Positions 1 through 11,909 of a stretch of DNA of 36,067 nt are shown one piece after another (position 1 is the stretch's first letter; every line of letters begins with the position of its first letter). The DNA comes from Atractiella rhizophila. Lineage: Eukaryota. The notes beneath the pieces were generated by a model, which was given only the letters and a program-made list of their open reading frames with translations, had not been told where the DNA came from and made no database searches. A program made the position numbers and the translations under genes. The DNA lies in NCBI GenBank assembly GCA_021432655.1, contig MU271642.1, positions 1 through 36,067 of the forward strand. Direction: 5' to 3'.

Positions 1-783
1 GCTAGGCAAAATGCAGGAAACATCAACTCTCCCGATCCCACCAGGCGGCGTATCCTTTAGGCCACATCTAACGATCGTAACGAGCGATTGTGAGCCTTGC
101 CTCTGGGAATCCAACAATCTTTAACGGCGCTACAGTGCACTCTGCAGCCAAATTCAAGGAACAGAATGAGCCTGAAATATTGAAATCCGTCAACGAGAAA
201 GACTTTACCTTTTTAGAGACGTATCAACGATCTAAACTATTAGACATCCTATTCGCAAGAGAATTGGGGAAACGGCCCGAAGCTGAAGGAATCACGGTTT
301 CTGCACCTAACCCAGGTACGCGTCATATTACCAACTCAAACGCTCTAATGACCCAATGCGAAGGATTCAGCCGTACCGAACTTGGTAGATATGCGACCGG
401 TGGTTTCAAGTTGGCATTTGGGTGTGTTCAACGGTTCCTGCTCTCCAGACAATCCTCGCTAATTGCCTTCCAGACTATTTGCATCTATAGTTGCAAAGCC
501 AACGGAGGCAGGAGCGCGAAATATTGTATGGGGAGCAGTTGAAGACTTTGAAAGTGGCAGCTATGTTCACACATGCAAAATTCAGGAAGGGCTTTCGACC
601 TTCGTCGCATCTCCTGAAGGGATAAAAGCTCAAGAGAAAGTGTTTCGCGAGCTGATGATGATCCTCCGTGCTGAGGGTTTTCAGCTCTCGAATATCCCAG
701 AAGATTTGAAAGCCGGCCAAACCTTACCGCCTTCAGAAGTGGGACAGAAGAAGGAATTAGCCTTGGAGGGAGTGAACAGGTGA
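1..783 (+). CDS. Short-chain dehydrogenase/reductase (WWOX/retinol-dehydrogenase-like), copy 1; 5' part lies outside the window
   Basis: Spliced exons give PHLTIVTSD-H, the catalytic YxxxK (YQRSK), NPGF and GARNIVWGA. Short GT-AG introns; stop at 781-783. Clear paralogy to 2761-3990 and 10111-11393. Confidence 0.85.
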
Positions 784-944
784 CAAAGGCAGTCGAGTAG
801 CTTTTGCTCTCCGTAATGGTAGCCATGATGAATGAGGATCAGACGTGAACATTTACTCGTCGAGATGTAATGTACTAAGGGCCAGAAGCTCACAGTAACG
901 TTTGCAACTTTACACCGCTTCACATCAGGAAGCAAAACAAAGAA

Positions 945-2321
945 CTAGGTTTGCGATATGGACAGAGAACCCTGCCTATGCGCAGAAATATCGCCATCAA
1001 TAGGGGTGAAATCGGCTTTTCTCCATTCTTCTTTGGCATCTTCTGCATTGCGCTCTAATTCCATTGGTTCATAAAGCTCATGTAGGTCGAACCACATGCT
1101 TGTGGGAGGTTTGTTCCGGCAAAATCGGGACGGAACCCATTTCGACATCTAGCTCGAAAGAAACGAGAAGTACCAAATCTTCTCGGGTAAAACTTGATAC
1201 ACCTCTATAAACCAACCAGCTGCTGTGGTAAAAGAACTTACAGCCAGAGCGCGAATGGCAAGTCCATTCCATCTCCAACTGAATCCAAACCATAGGCGCT
1301 TGTACGAGTGCACACTACTCTCCCAGGACTCCAACCCGCACTAGGAGCAGGAAAGCTATTGAATCGTGGCGTTGAATCTAGTCTGACCAGTGCATTCCCT
1401 CCAAACGGTAAGAGGAAACAAATTACAGAAGACGCAACCCAACGAACCATTCATGTTTAGCTTCATTCCCGTGATGACAACATCGAAGCCGTTTGAACCA
1501 TTCTTGAAGATTCCTTGATGTGTCAATGTTCGGACTTTAATTATGCGAAGTCTCCTTTTGGAAGGCACGCGAAAGGGAACATTGACAGTTCAATAGATCC
1601 GACTGGCCGTGCCCGTCCGTGCATGAAAGGGGAGACTGATATAAGGAAGGTGTAGAGGCCTACTTTGTGTGCAGAGCAAGGTGCAACTTGAGGAAACAGT
1701 CAGAAAGAGTCAAAAAATGAGCGGTAAAATCATTCATTAAGTGCCGTAGCGCATACTTATACAAGCTAACTTTATGCAGTCCGAGTCGTTCACGGCAAAG
1801 ATTATTTCACCATTTGGTTCTCTAGCCAATGCTTCCTCCTGATTGACGACGCCGCCATCATCAACATGGTAGGCCGGAAGGATCAAAGGCTCAGAACCTT
1901 TTGCGAACATGCGACCTTCTCTCCATCGACATACAACCATGTTTTCCTCGGCGATCGCGAAGTTCTGCCCGACACTGAGAACGCTGACTTGTGGCTGTCC
2001 CATCAAAACTGTCCATGCCAGAAGTTTACAGCAGAGGACAAACGGCCGATTGTCATTCGAACCCACTTTGCCACCTGTGAATCGAACGCAGGAACTCCAC
2101 TCGCTCTGCTTTCCTCTTGGCTGGTTAGCCGTCAGTAGTTCTGATCCCATCCATGGTGTGCATGTTTTACTGTCGTCCTCGCCCATAATGACAAACAGTT
2201 GCTTCAAGACTGACGACCATCATGACGGACATTGGTAATCGAAATCGGTTTCATTGGCAATCATTGATGTGTTGGTTCCTGCATTCAGCGTAGTCATATC
2301 GTAAGCAAGGATTATGCCCAT
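945..2321 (-). other. Possible degenerate or hypothetical multi-exon gene of unknown function
   Basis: Chain of minus-strand ORF fragments with several N-x-S/T sequons (NTS, NET, NDS, NGS, NAT) and intron-like GT..AG segments. I could not build a stop-free splice model. Confidence 0.25.
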
Positions 2322-2760
2322 TGTCTGAAAATACGTGTCCCATTATTTTACTTCCAATCAATATTCGTTGATTGAATTTGCTCCGAGAAAATTTCATCTA
2401 TGATCGTACATTTCTCGGTACTAATCAATTACTGGGTGCAACAGGGTACATTGAAAGGCTTACCGAACAATGAGAGAACCACCGGTGCTTTCAATACATT
2501 CACATGTCTTCCAGTCCCAACTCCGCTAGATTTTGACGGAGAGCGCGAACTTTCCTCTCTGCGTTCTCGGTGCAGAGCGCGAAGAGAGAATGAGTGCAAG
2601 TCTTGAACAATCCTGTAGCCAGACTGGGACAGAAGTGGCAACCCGCGTTCGGCAGGGAGGGACTGAGATGAGTTCTAGGCTGAAGCGTTGGAATATATAT
2701 CCCTTTCTTAGTGAGAGCTTAGAGTATTATTTATTTTCAACGCAAGTATTGTGTGACAGG

Positions 2761-3990
2761 ATGTTGGACTTGATTCGCCAGAAGTACCTGGACCTTCCCG
2801 TCGCTTCTAGAAACTTGACCGGGAGCAATCGGTGCGCTAATTAGTATGCTAAGTGAAGCCAAACAAGCTCATTCTCGCGGTCCGAGACGTGGAGAAAGGG
2901 GAAATGCCGCCGAGAAGTTCAAGCAGCTCGTGCCAGAAGCAACCACAACAATAAATGTATGGAGACTTGCCTTAGAAAGTTTCGCGAGCGTCAAAGAGTT
3001 TGCTGCAAAAGCAAATGCAGAACTGGATCGTCTCGATATATTGGGTTCGATTTTGCCTTCACTCCTCCTCGCCGTACTAAGGAGGAATCGATAGTGGAAA
3101 ATGCGGGAGTGTGGCCAGGCGAGCAGCAATGCACCGTGGATGGACGGGAGCTAACGTAAGGACCTTACTCTTTGAAGGTGAGAAAGTCTAAGACAAACGA
3201 CAGACTACAAGTCAACGTAATGTAAGAATCATGCTTTGTTAGAGTGGCTGTTTGTCATAAGAGAACTAGCTCGACCGCTGGCGTCGCTCTTTCCCTAGTC
3301 AACAAAATGCAGTTAACGTCGCAGCTCCCAACTCCACCAGGCGGCATATCGATCAAGCCACATCTTGCCGTCGTAACGAGCGATTGTGCATCTATTCAAT
3401 CTCATATAATCTCTGTGACAAGATAGTGCAGTGCACGCTGTAGGGAAATTCAAGGAGCACAAAGATCCTGAAATACTGAAGTCGATCAACCGGCAGTCTG
3501 TCACCTTATCGGAAACGTATCAACGATCGACGTTGTTGGATATTCTCTTCGCGCGAGAGAATTGGCGCAGCGTCCGGAGGCGGAAGGGATCATCGGTCCG
3601 CTCCTAATCCTGGTTTGTATGCCAGTTCACCAACTCGAACGTTCTTACGCTTCAAAGAGAAGGCTTTTGCACTACCGGACTCAACAGACACGCAAAAGGT
3701 GGTGGAGTAAAGCTTGCACTTGGGTGCGATCACCCTTCTTCGACAGTTCACGCGCCTGATTCGCTCTGTAGAATCCTTAGAGCTCTCGCTGCAAACCAGC
3801 AGAGGCAGGCGCGCGGAACTTAGTATGGGGAGCAACCGAAGACTTCGAGAGCGGCAGGCACATTCACACATGTAAAGCTCAAGAAGGCCTTTCAAAAAAA
3901 TTCGGCACATCCCCAGACGGTGTTGAAGCGCAAAGGAGGGTTTTCGAAGAGGTAGTGGCTATTCTACGTGCAGAGGAATTTCAATTCTGA
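2761..3990 (+). pseudogene. SDR pseudogene (copy 2)
   Basis: Aligns to copy 3 from MLDLIRQKY..SRNLTG, but the TGxxxGxG segment and the intron-1 donor are deleted at ~2824. YxxxK reads YQRST (3518-3532). Apparent 1-nt deletions at ~3595 and ~3793. Stop at 3988-3990. Confidence 0.8.
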
Positions 3991-4667
3991 CATATATGTC
4001 TTTCATAAGGCATCTGGATGTAAAGTTTTGGTTAACAGTTCACACAGCTACAGGCACATAAATGCTTTATTCCCATCTTACATTTGTTCCGCAGGCTAAA
4101 ATAATATTCAAGACTGCTAGTCCGTCCTCTCTGCAGCTGAGAAGTCAGCCCTGAACAATCATGTAAGAGAACAGGAAAGCGTTTGCTTGTTAGAAAAGAT
4201 TACAGCACCAATGTGGATAGTAGAAGACTTTTTTGCAAGTTGATGCAACATAACTAAAATAACAGACCTTATTTAAATAAAAGGAAAAAGCGAGTTTCTG
4301 ATTTACGAGCGCACCATTCCCTCTTCTTAATAATTGGAGAAGGCTCACCATTTGATCCCCAACTTGAAATCCCCACCAAGCCACTGTCCTGTCCACTCCC
4401 GTCACTCCCGATGTTCCTAGCCACCGTACGTCTGATACAAAGTTATCCAGTCTGCCACGAGGACTCAGGCAGATGATGTGCTTTGTGAGAAGATGCATGG
4501 ACAGAATCGCTGCCACGCTCGTGACCTCCCGTTTGTTTGTTCAATGTTGTTGCGCAGTGGGAGAGATGACGTCACGTGGAACTGGAGCTTCAACAGAGAC
4601 TGCATAATCTTCTGCCTTTTTAGATACTGTATTTTCACTGTTACGTCCCGGGATATTGTCACTAACG

Positions 4668-7014
4668 ATGCCTCCCAACACACCTCGATACGCTAATCCT
4701 TCTAATGAATCAGCGAATGAAGAGGATGGATGGAGCGACGACCCCTCGTCTTCAACTTCCCCATTGCGTACCGGTGGCACTATCAACACAACGGCATCAG
4801 CATCTATGTCTCCAGGTAAAAAGAAGAACTTGAATACGAAGAGTCCACCAGGATCGCCAACGAAAAGGAGGAGGAAGGTAGCCACCGTCCGTTCAGAACG
4901 GGTAGGCTTGAATGAGGATGTGTTGGTGGAGGAGATTCATAGAAGGAGACAGACAGAAACGGGCGTGCAAAAGGGACAGGGGATGGAGGTTACGATCTTT
5001 GTGCTCAAGACATTGCTGCCTATCCTTTTCTCGACAACAATGTTCAAACTTGCGTACGTATTTTCTTCCTTTTGCTTTTAATTATCCTCTTGTTAGAAAA
5101 GGCGATTTATCTTCACAATATTATAATATCGATGCACAGTCTATCAGCATGTGAGGTGCATTAGACTTGGGATAGTTTTCAGCCTTTTTTCTCGCATTCT
5201 CTGGCCTCACACTCACAATGCCAGCGAGAATGACAGAGAGAATTGAGTCATTTCAGTCCCTTACCTATGTTCTCCTTCTCCAAATCAGTTCACCGCTTTC
5301 CATCGTAGTTTGCGCTTCAGGAATAAAGTAAATATCAGAGGTCAAGGATGATATCGCTAAATGCAATGTCACGCGCTCCTGTGGAGCAGAAGAAATTTGA
5401 GAACGAGTAGCCGTTGCACTAATTGCTTGTCGTTTGTGAATATCTCGGTATGAGGACATTGTCCTAGGCGAACTCGGTTTTGACAACTACGATCCTATTT
5501 CGTAAACCTGCATCTCCTTGATTGGCTAGGATACTTCAGACACCGTACGTTGAGCATCCGTTGCGGTGGATAATAATCAGAGTGATTTGAACTTTTCTGG
5601 TGCATCCTTGGTTCAGTGGAAGCCAACATAGTCGACCTGAACTGCAGCCTGCTCATTTAGGTTGCCTCAGGACATTTCGGTAAACACGAAAGCGTTACTG
5701 TTTACACTCTCGATTTGTTCGCCTTTCCTTTTGAGTCGAATGTTACCGTTGTTTTACGGGGCTCATATCCCTCTTGGTGAAATTAAAGCTTTTTCTTGCA
5801 AAAAAGACGTGCCTCTTATACTATGATGGGCTTCGTGGTTCTTATAGCGATACAGGCAGAAATCTTGTATATAACTCTTTGTAAACCCAAACTGACTCGA
5901 TTACCTTCCTTAGGTTAATATTCATCGTCACCTTCCTCCTCCCAACTTGGCTCCACACCTATGTACCATCCCTATCCTTCCCATCCTTCCCCTCCCTCTC
6001 ATTTTCGCCATTTGCTCAACTTACATCCATCTCGTCCTGGTACTGCCACAATTTAGGCTACTTTTGTACTCTGCCGCTCCTCCCTCCTTCTCCCGTCCAC
6101 TTGTCCTACTATGCCACCTCCGCCACATCTCACGCTCAACACCTCGGCAGCATCACGGCGGGACTCTCACGTCTCACCCATCCCGCGAACGCTCCTTTAC
6201 ACGCAGACAGCGCGATGAAGCTCCGAGTGCACATCTTGGAGGGGAGCACATTCCCCGAACGTTTTGCCGTCGCCACCGACTACGGGAGGTGGGAACACTC
6301 GCTTCGAGAGCTCGAGAACGACTTGTTCACCGCTTCTGGTGTCCTCCGCATCCGCATCGACGCTATCATCGACGGCGTCACCGCTTTGAAGACCATGCTG
6401 GAGAACCCGAGGCGGTATCCCCTCAGAACGCTCAGTAAGGCTCATGCCCGATTCCTTGGAGAGTTCGATGAGCACCTTGAGGTCATGAGGGTCGCGCTTA
6501 ACGGCCCAAGGGAGAAAGCAACTGAGGCAAGGGAGTGGGGTGCCAGAGCTTATGAAGGCGCAGAGAAGGTGGTGGGACATGTCAACAAGAAGAAAGGACA
6601 GTGGAAATGGTTCCCCGCTATCTCAGGGGAAGGAAAGGTATGTCGTTTGCCTTCTGAAAGACGATGTTGATGTCACAGATAGGAGGCTATAAACCGTGAG
6701 CTCGAGTTGGCTCGCCATACGCAAGCATACACTTCTGAGGTTTGTCTCTAGTCCCCTTTGGCCCTTAAAGCTGTTATGTGTGACTATAAATGTGAGGATA
6801 GATAATAGATGACATCTCCCTCGTCTACTCCGCCATCATGTCCATGCTCTCCGACATCTCAGCCAAGAAAGCCGAAGGTGCACGTCAATTTCATGTAATC
6901 AAGAACGGATTGAAGGTCGAGGACGCAATAAAAGTGTTGGAGAGGTATGTTGAGAGGGCGGAAAGGGACAGGAGGGGCATACCTGCACCAGTCATGCAAG
7001 GGAAAGGAGAGTGA
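4668..7014 (+). CDS. Hypothetical protein: low-complexity basic N-terminus, central hydrophobic segment, helical C-terminal region (4 exons)
   Basis: Exon 1 is 4668-5053. Intron 5054-5913 (GTACGT..ACTGAC..TAG) joins in phase (GC|G = Ala) to the open frame containing ORF 6101-6670. Two short introns follow; TGA at 7012-7014. Confidence 0.7.
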
Positions 7015-7235
7015 AAGGCTCGGTGGGTAATGTAAAATGAGGGTAAAATGGGAGAACTTTGGGTATGTCGATTGATATGTGTATGGAAAAGATTAGCCAT
7101 GTAGTATTAAGATTCCTGTTTGTTCAAACGAACTCCTGGTCCTAAGTTTTCAGTCTGGTTCACAATTTTGATGATCCGCGACAGTCAACAATACATTGTT
7201 TCGACGATACATATTTACAAATTTCACCATAATCC

Positions 7236-9108
7236 TTACGCCTCCTTCTTACCCTCACTGTCGATTCCCTTCCTCGTCGCGCTCGCCGTCCCCTTTTCGA
7301 TCTTTGCAAGTCCCAAGGCCGCCAAATCCTTATTCACTTCGTCGAGGTTCTCGATGAATTTGGCAACGAGCGGGTTCCACATCTTTGGTTCGTGCTCGTG
7401 GATGTTTCCTGAACGCGACCAGGCGTACTCAGCGATGGTGAATGGCTGTTCAGCAGAAAATAGTTAGAGTTTAGATAGATATAGCTACATTTGATCGGTG
7501 GGTAGACAGGAACAGGACTGACCATGGAAGACTCGAACATGAAGGCAATACAACCTTCTGAGATCCTTTGTGGTTGCAATTCAAAATTGGAAGCTGCATC
7601 AAAGACCTCGTAATCGACTCCATCTTCAATCAGCAGTATCAGCATCTACGGTGTGATTCAGCTAAGGACATACGTGGTGTGAACCCGCACTCATAACTCG
7701 CTCCTCCAGGTTGGAACTCGTCGCTCCAACGGGGAGAGAAGATGAGGAAGTCGGCGAGAGGGGTCCCGGGGATAGCAGAGGGCACGGTGAGGACGCAGAC
7801 TGAGCATTTGCGATTCATCGTTAGTGACAGACACGATGATAAAGGAGGGACGTACAGATGGAGGGATCAATGTGGTCTACGCTAATCGAGCCGACGTTGA
7901 CGAACCGCTCCCTGTTTTATTGTCAGATTTCTCTCTCCAAAACTGTGCTGAGGAAAGCAGATACGCACAAGTTGTATTTATAGGGTACGTAGTTCCCGTG
8001 CCAAGCGACGACATCAAAGGGCGAGTGCTCCTGGGAACATTTCCAGAGCTGACCAAGAAGCTTGTAGATAATTTCATATCCTGTGCATTCAAACCATCGA
8101 CATAAGCATCGAAACGTGAGATACTAGAGCAAAAGGAAAATACCTTCTTGGTCCACTTCAAAATGTGCGATGGGATGCTCAAAGTCTCTTGCGTTTGCCA
8201 GCCCATTAGCACCAAGTGGGCCAAGTTCCGGGAGTTCATAATGGCCACCAAAGACCTGCATCCAAAGCATGGCGTAAGGAAAGTAAATAAAAGTAGTGGA
8301 GGCTTACCTCCTGAATGTAACCTCTCGAAGGACCATCCGGAAGCAAGATCTTGAACCTGATCCCTCGCTGGATGACGGCTATTTCTCCAGGACGAACCAT
8401 GAGTTTTCCGAGCTCGGTTTGGATGTCGAGTCTGCCGAGTTGGGGAACGATGAGCATGTCACCGTCGTTGTTGATGAATGCACGTCTTCCCATTGAAGTG
8501 TTAGCCAAATACCTACACGGGTAAGCAATCATTGATCTACCTCTCATTCAAAAGAGGAGAAAAGGATTGAGAGACGTACATGTGAATCGCCAAACCCTGT
8601 TTTAGGCTCGCGTCTCCATTTCCAGCCACTGTCTTGAGTCCATCTACGAAATCGACCTTCTCTCCATCTTTCGGGAGGGAGAAAGGGGTCCATGCTAGCT
8701 GGGTGGGGGAGATGTGGACTTTTGGATTGATGGGGAGGAAGCAAGATTCGAGGTCTGGATTGTCGGGTAGTCTGACGAAACCCTGGTGGGCGACTGCAGG
8801 ACTGCAGGACGGATCATACGGTTAGCCTTACATTGTACTTTCCGATACTGTATGATGGAAGGAAAAACTGACCGAATGCGATAGAGCCAATTCCTCATGT
8901 TGTGTGCCCTTGGAGCAACAAAAGCAGTGGCAGTCATCTGCTCTGCATAGAGTCCATATTTGCACTTCTGCGGGCTGTTCTGCGCAATGGGCAAAACGCC
9001 AGGGATAGCTTCTGAAGCGAAAGCATTTCCGAAGCCGACTTGGTAGGTGTAGGGATCTTGTTTTGGCGTGGAGGAAGAGACGGAGTAGGCGGCTTTCGCG
9101 GATGCCAT
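7236..9108 (-). CDS. hmgA: Homogentisate 1,2-dioxygenase homolog lacking the RPPYYHRN..E segment
   Basis: Motifs [91 protein letters not shown] and AFMFES. Eight short introns. Confidence 0.93.
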
Positions 9109-10110
9109 TTCGAGGAAGGATTCTCAAGAACAACAACCTCTGAGACTAGGTGGCAAGTGATATTGCCCAAGAGGGAGTGGGTGTTCCTTTTATGTTGGTG
9201 CGAAGCTGAGAAGGGAGCTGACCGGGGAAGATCAGTTTCTCCGCGCGTCAGGCATTGGGTTCGACCAGAGGAGGGGTCAAATTGGACCGATGTTGTCAAT
9301 AAGTATTTCCTAGTGCAGACATCCCAGTCAACTAGACGCTCTTCTAGGCGTTCTTGGGTGGTAAACCTGACACTGCTGCACCAGAATCGTCTCAGTGAGC
9401 GTTTTCAGGGAGTCAACTGGGCAGACAAACCAATGCCTTGTCGCTGGCCTTGTCGATCTCATTTCTATGTCTATGCACAGTAAGGCATATATAGCCCACT
9501 CACAGTCTCACTCAAATGGTGTTGCATTGGTTGCAAGACCAGTTTCGTCCACATGAGCTACGTAATTTCAATTTCCTGTTATGATGGCACGTGACGTGAG
9601 TTCAAGTAATCTCAACCTAACGCGTACAAGGTTCAATTTGTGAGGGAGGCATAGAAGCGACAATTTAAGTCTTCCAAGGGGTTGACCAATGCAGTTGTCC
9701 TGAGATTTTTATTGATTGTGATTTGTGCGTGAATCCATTCAAAGACGGAAATGGGACGAAGTCCTGAGCTCGAAAGATTCCTCTGGTAAAGGACAACCTT
9801 TGCTTTTCATAAGAACAATGATCCCATCCAACAGTTGACAGGGAAAGGAGAGGAAGGAAGGTATCGTTGTCCGTACTGGCTCCTTCTCTCCTCTTTCCCA
9901 TACAAAGGGAACAACCCCGGCCCTTGGTTTCGACTCTTTTCTGTGCAGGGCTCACAGTCTTGATCGTTGGCCGTGTCTATATCACCTCTGCCAAATATAC
10001 CTGCAGTTGAAATTCATGCTAGACTTTAGAAATCTCTCGTGATAAAGCAATGAGGACGCAGTTCCCATCAAACTCAATCAATTACAACTTTGTTCCAGCA
10101 CAACAGCTGC

Positions 10111-11393
10111 TCAAAACACGAACCCTTCAGCACGAAGAATCGTCACAAGCTCGTCAAACACCTTTTTCTGAGCTTTCGCACCTTCAGGAGAGGTGACGAA
10201 AGGCGAAAGTGCCTCCTCCTGTGCTTTGCACAGATGGATGTAGCTTCCACTATCAAAGTCTTCCACCGCACCCCAAACGAGATTTCGGGCTCCAAGCTCC
10301 GTCGGTTTCGCTGCCACAACCTCCATCACCCTTGTACGGAGTCAACTATTGTTCTGTGGAATAATAAAGGTTCAAACATACCTAAATATCACAGCTGATA
10401 TTTCTCGACGAAATTCTGAGTGACAAAACCCTGGATTTGAGGCAGACACGATGACCCCTTGCGCACTGGGTTGCTTTGCAAGTTCTCTCGCGAAGAGAAT
10501 GTCCAACAGCTTTGAAACCGGGTATCGTTCCCTTGTGCTGAAGTTCTCCCCCTTGTTGATGGCTTCCAAGATCGAAGACTCCTTGCGTTCCTTGAACTTT
10601 GCTCCAGCATGAGCTGCAGCCAATGTTCAGCCTGAAGCTGCCATTTTGTGAGGATATACTTACCATCGCTAGCCACCACTGTCAGGTGCGGCTTGAAAGG
10701 TTCGCCACCAGCTGGAACTGGAAGCCTCGCCGTTGCTTGCATCTTGCCGACCAGAGCTAGGGCGACGGCGGCCGTTGCTCTAAACTCATGTGAGAAAAGT
10801 GCTTACTAGTGATAGTTATAGAAGGTAGGAAACGCTCACATGACGTTCACCTGAAGCCTACCGCCAAAGTCAGTCAGGTTTAGTGTAGATGTCGAAGCAC
10901 CTACATCGTCTCCCAACCATCAGTCGTCATTTTCTTCTCAGGGGTCACCATTCCGGCGTTCTCGACTGTTGGTCCCGTCAGAATTAGAGAAAATGATATT
11001 CAAAAACCTGACCTAGGATGTCGAGGCGATCAAGCTCCCTGTTCGCTTTGGCAGCGAAGGCTTTCGCATTTTCGAAGCTCCCGAGATCGAGGATCCACAC
11101 CTGAATCGCGGTAGTCGTCCCTTTTACGAGACTTTTGAGCTTCTCTGCGGCTGCATCCCCCCTTTCCTGGCTTCTTACTGCGAGAATGAGCCTTTCAGGC
11201 TTCACTATGATGACTAATGAGTATTGCATTCAGATGAAGAAGAAAGACGTTACATACTTCGCAATAAGGCGAGAGCAGTCTCAAATCCTAAGCCCACATT
11301 TGCTCCAGTGACAATGACAGTTCTTCCCGTTAAATTTCGAGAAGCCAGAGGCACTTGTGTGTATTTCTCACGGATAAGTTTGGTGCTGAACAT
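10111..11393 (-). CDS. Short-chain dehydrogenase/reductase (WWOX/RDH-like), copy 3, apparently intact
   Basis: TVIVTGANVGLGFETA Rossmann motif, LILAVRS, LDL.S, RLDIL..NAG, YPVSK (YxxxK), NPGFCHSE and GARNLVWGA. Short GT-AG introns. Confidence 0.9.
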
Positions 11394-11439
11394 GTTTAGT
11401 GATGTTGCCTGCTATAGGCATAAACCAGGATGTCTACCC

Positions 11440-11447
11440 TTTATATA
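11440..11447 (-). promoter_or_regulatory. Putative TATA box of SDR copy 3
   Basis: TATATAAA on the minus strand about 47 nt upstream of the ATG at 11393. Confidence 0.45.
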
Positions 11448-11909
11448 TCTTCGCCATGAAGAATTGGTTTCTCGCCCCTGTTGGCGACCTCCGCTATCGG
11501 GTAGAGCATCTCATTCAACTATCCGAACTCCGATACCTTTGTGGAGGCCGAACCCGACAACTCACCAGGAAAGCAGGAAAGCAAAGCGATGTTCAACAGA
11601 CTATTCAGCAATTGGCGGAAGAGTGAAGCAAGTGCAAGCTCATGATGCCTCATCTGCGGGTTACCCCCGATTTCGGTATGAAGTGGAGGATTGGCAGTTT
11701 TGTCCAGTACGGACGGTGGTCAAAGCTCAAAACAAGGACGGATGTTCTCTACCCGCAAGCATCGTCATCTACCAAGCTGGAGAATTGTTGAAGGATGGAC
11801 GACGTGCAACATCCGTTCAACTGCGCTTCGTTCTCGATCATGGAGCAACAAAGTTGTGATTATCAAGTGTATCATTCACGATGAATAGTACTTTTAAACC
11901 GACACAGAA

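Noticed and set aside
1463..1477. 15-bp inverted match TCATTCCCGTGATGA shared with 14383-14397
   Set aside because: About one 15-mer match is expected by chance in a 36-kb window, and the flanks do not align convincingly.
11224..11859. 211-aa plus-strand ORF
   Set aside because: Antisense to SDR copy 3 exon 1 and its promoter, with a non-ATG start and no recognisable motif.
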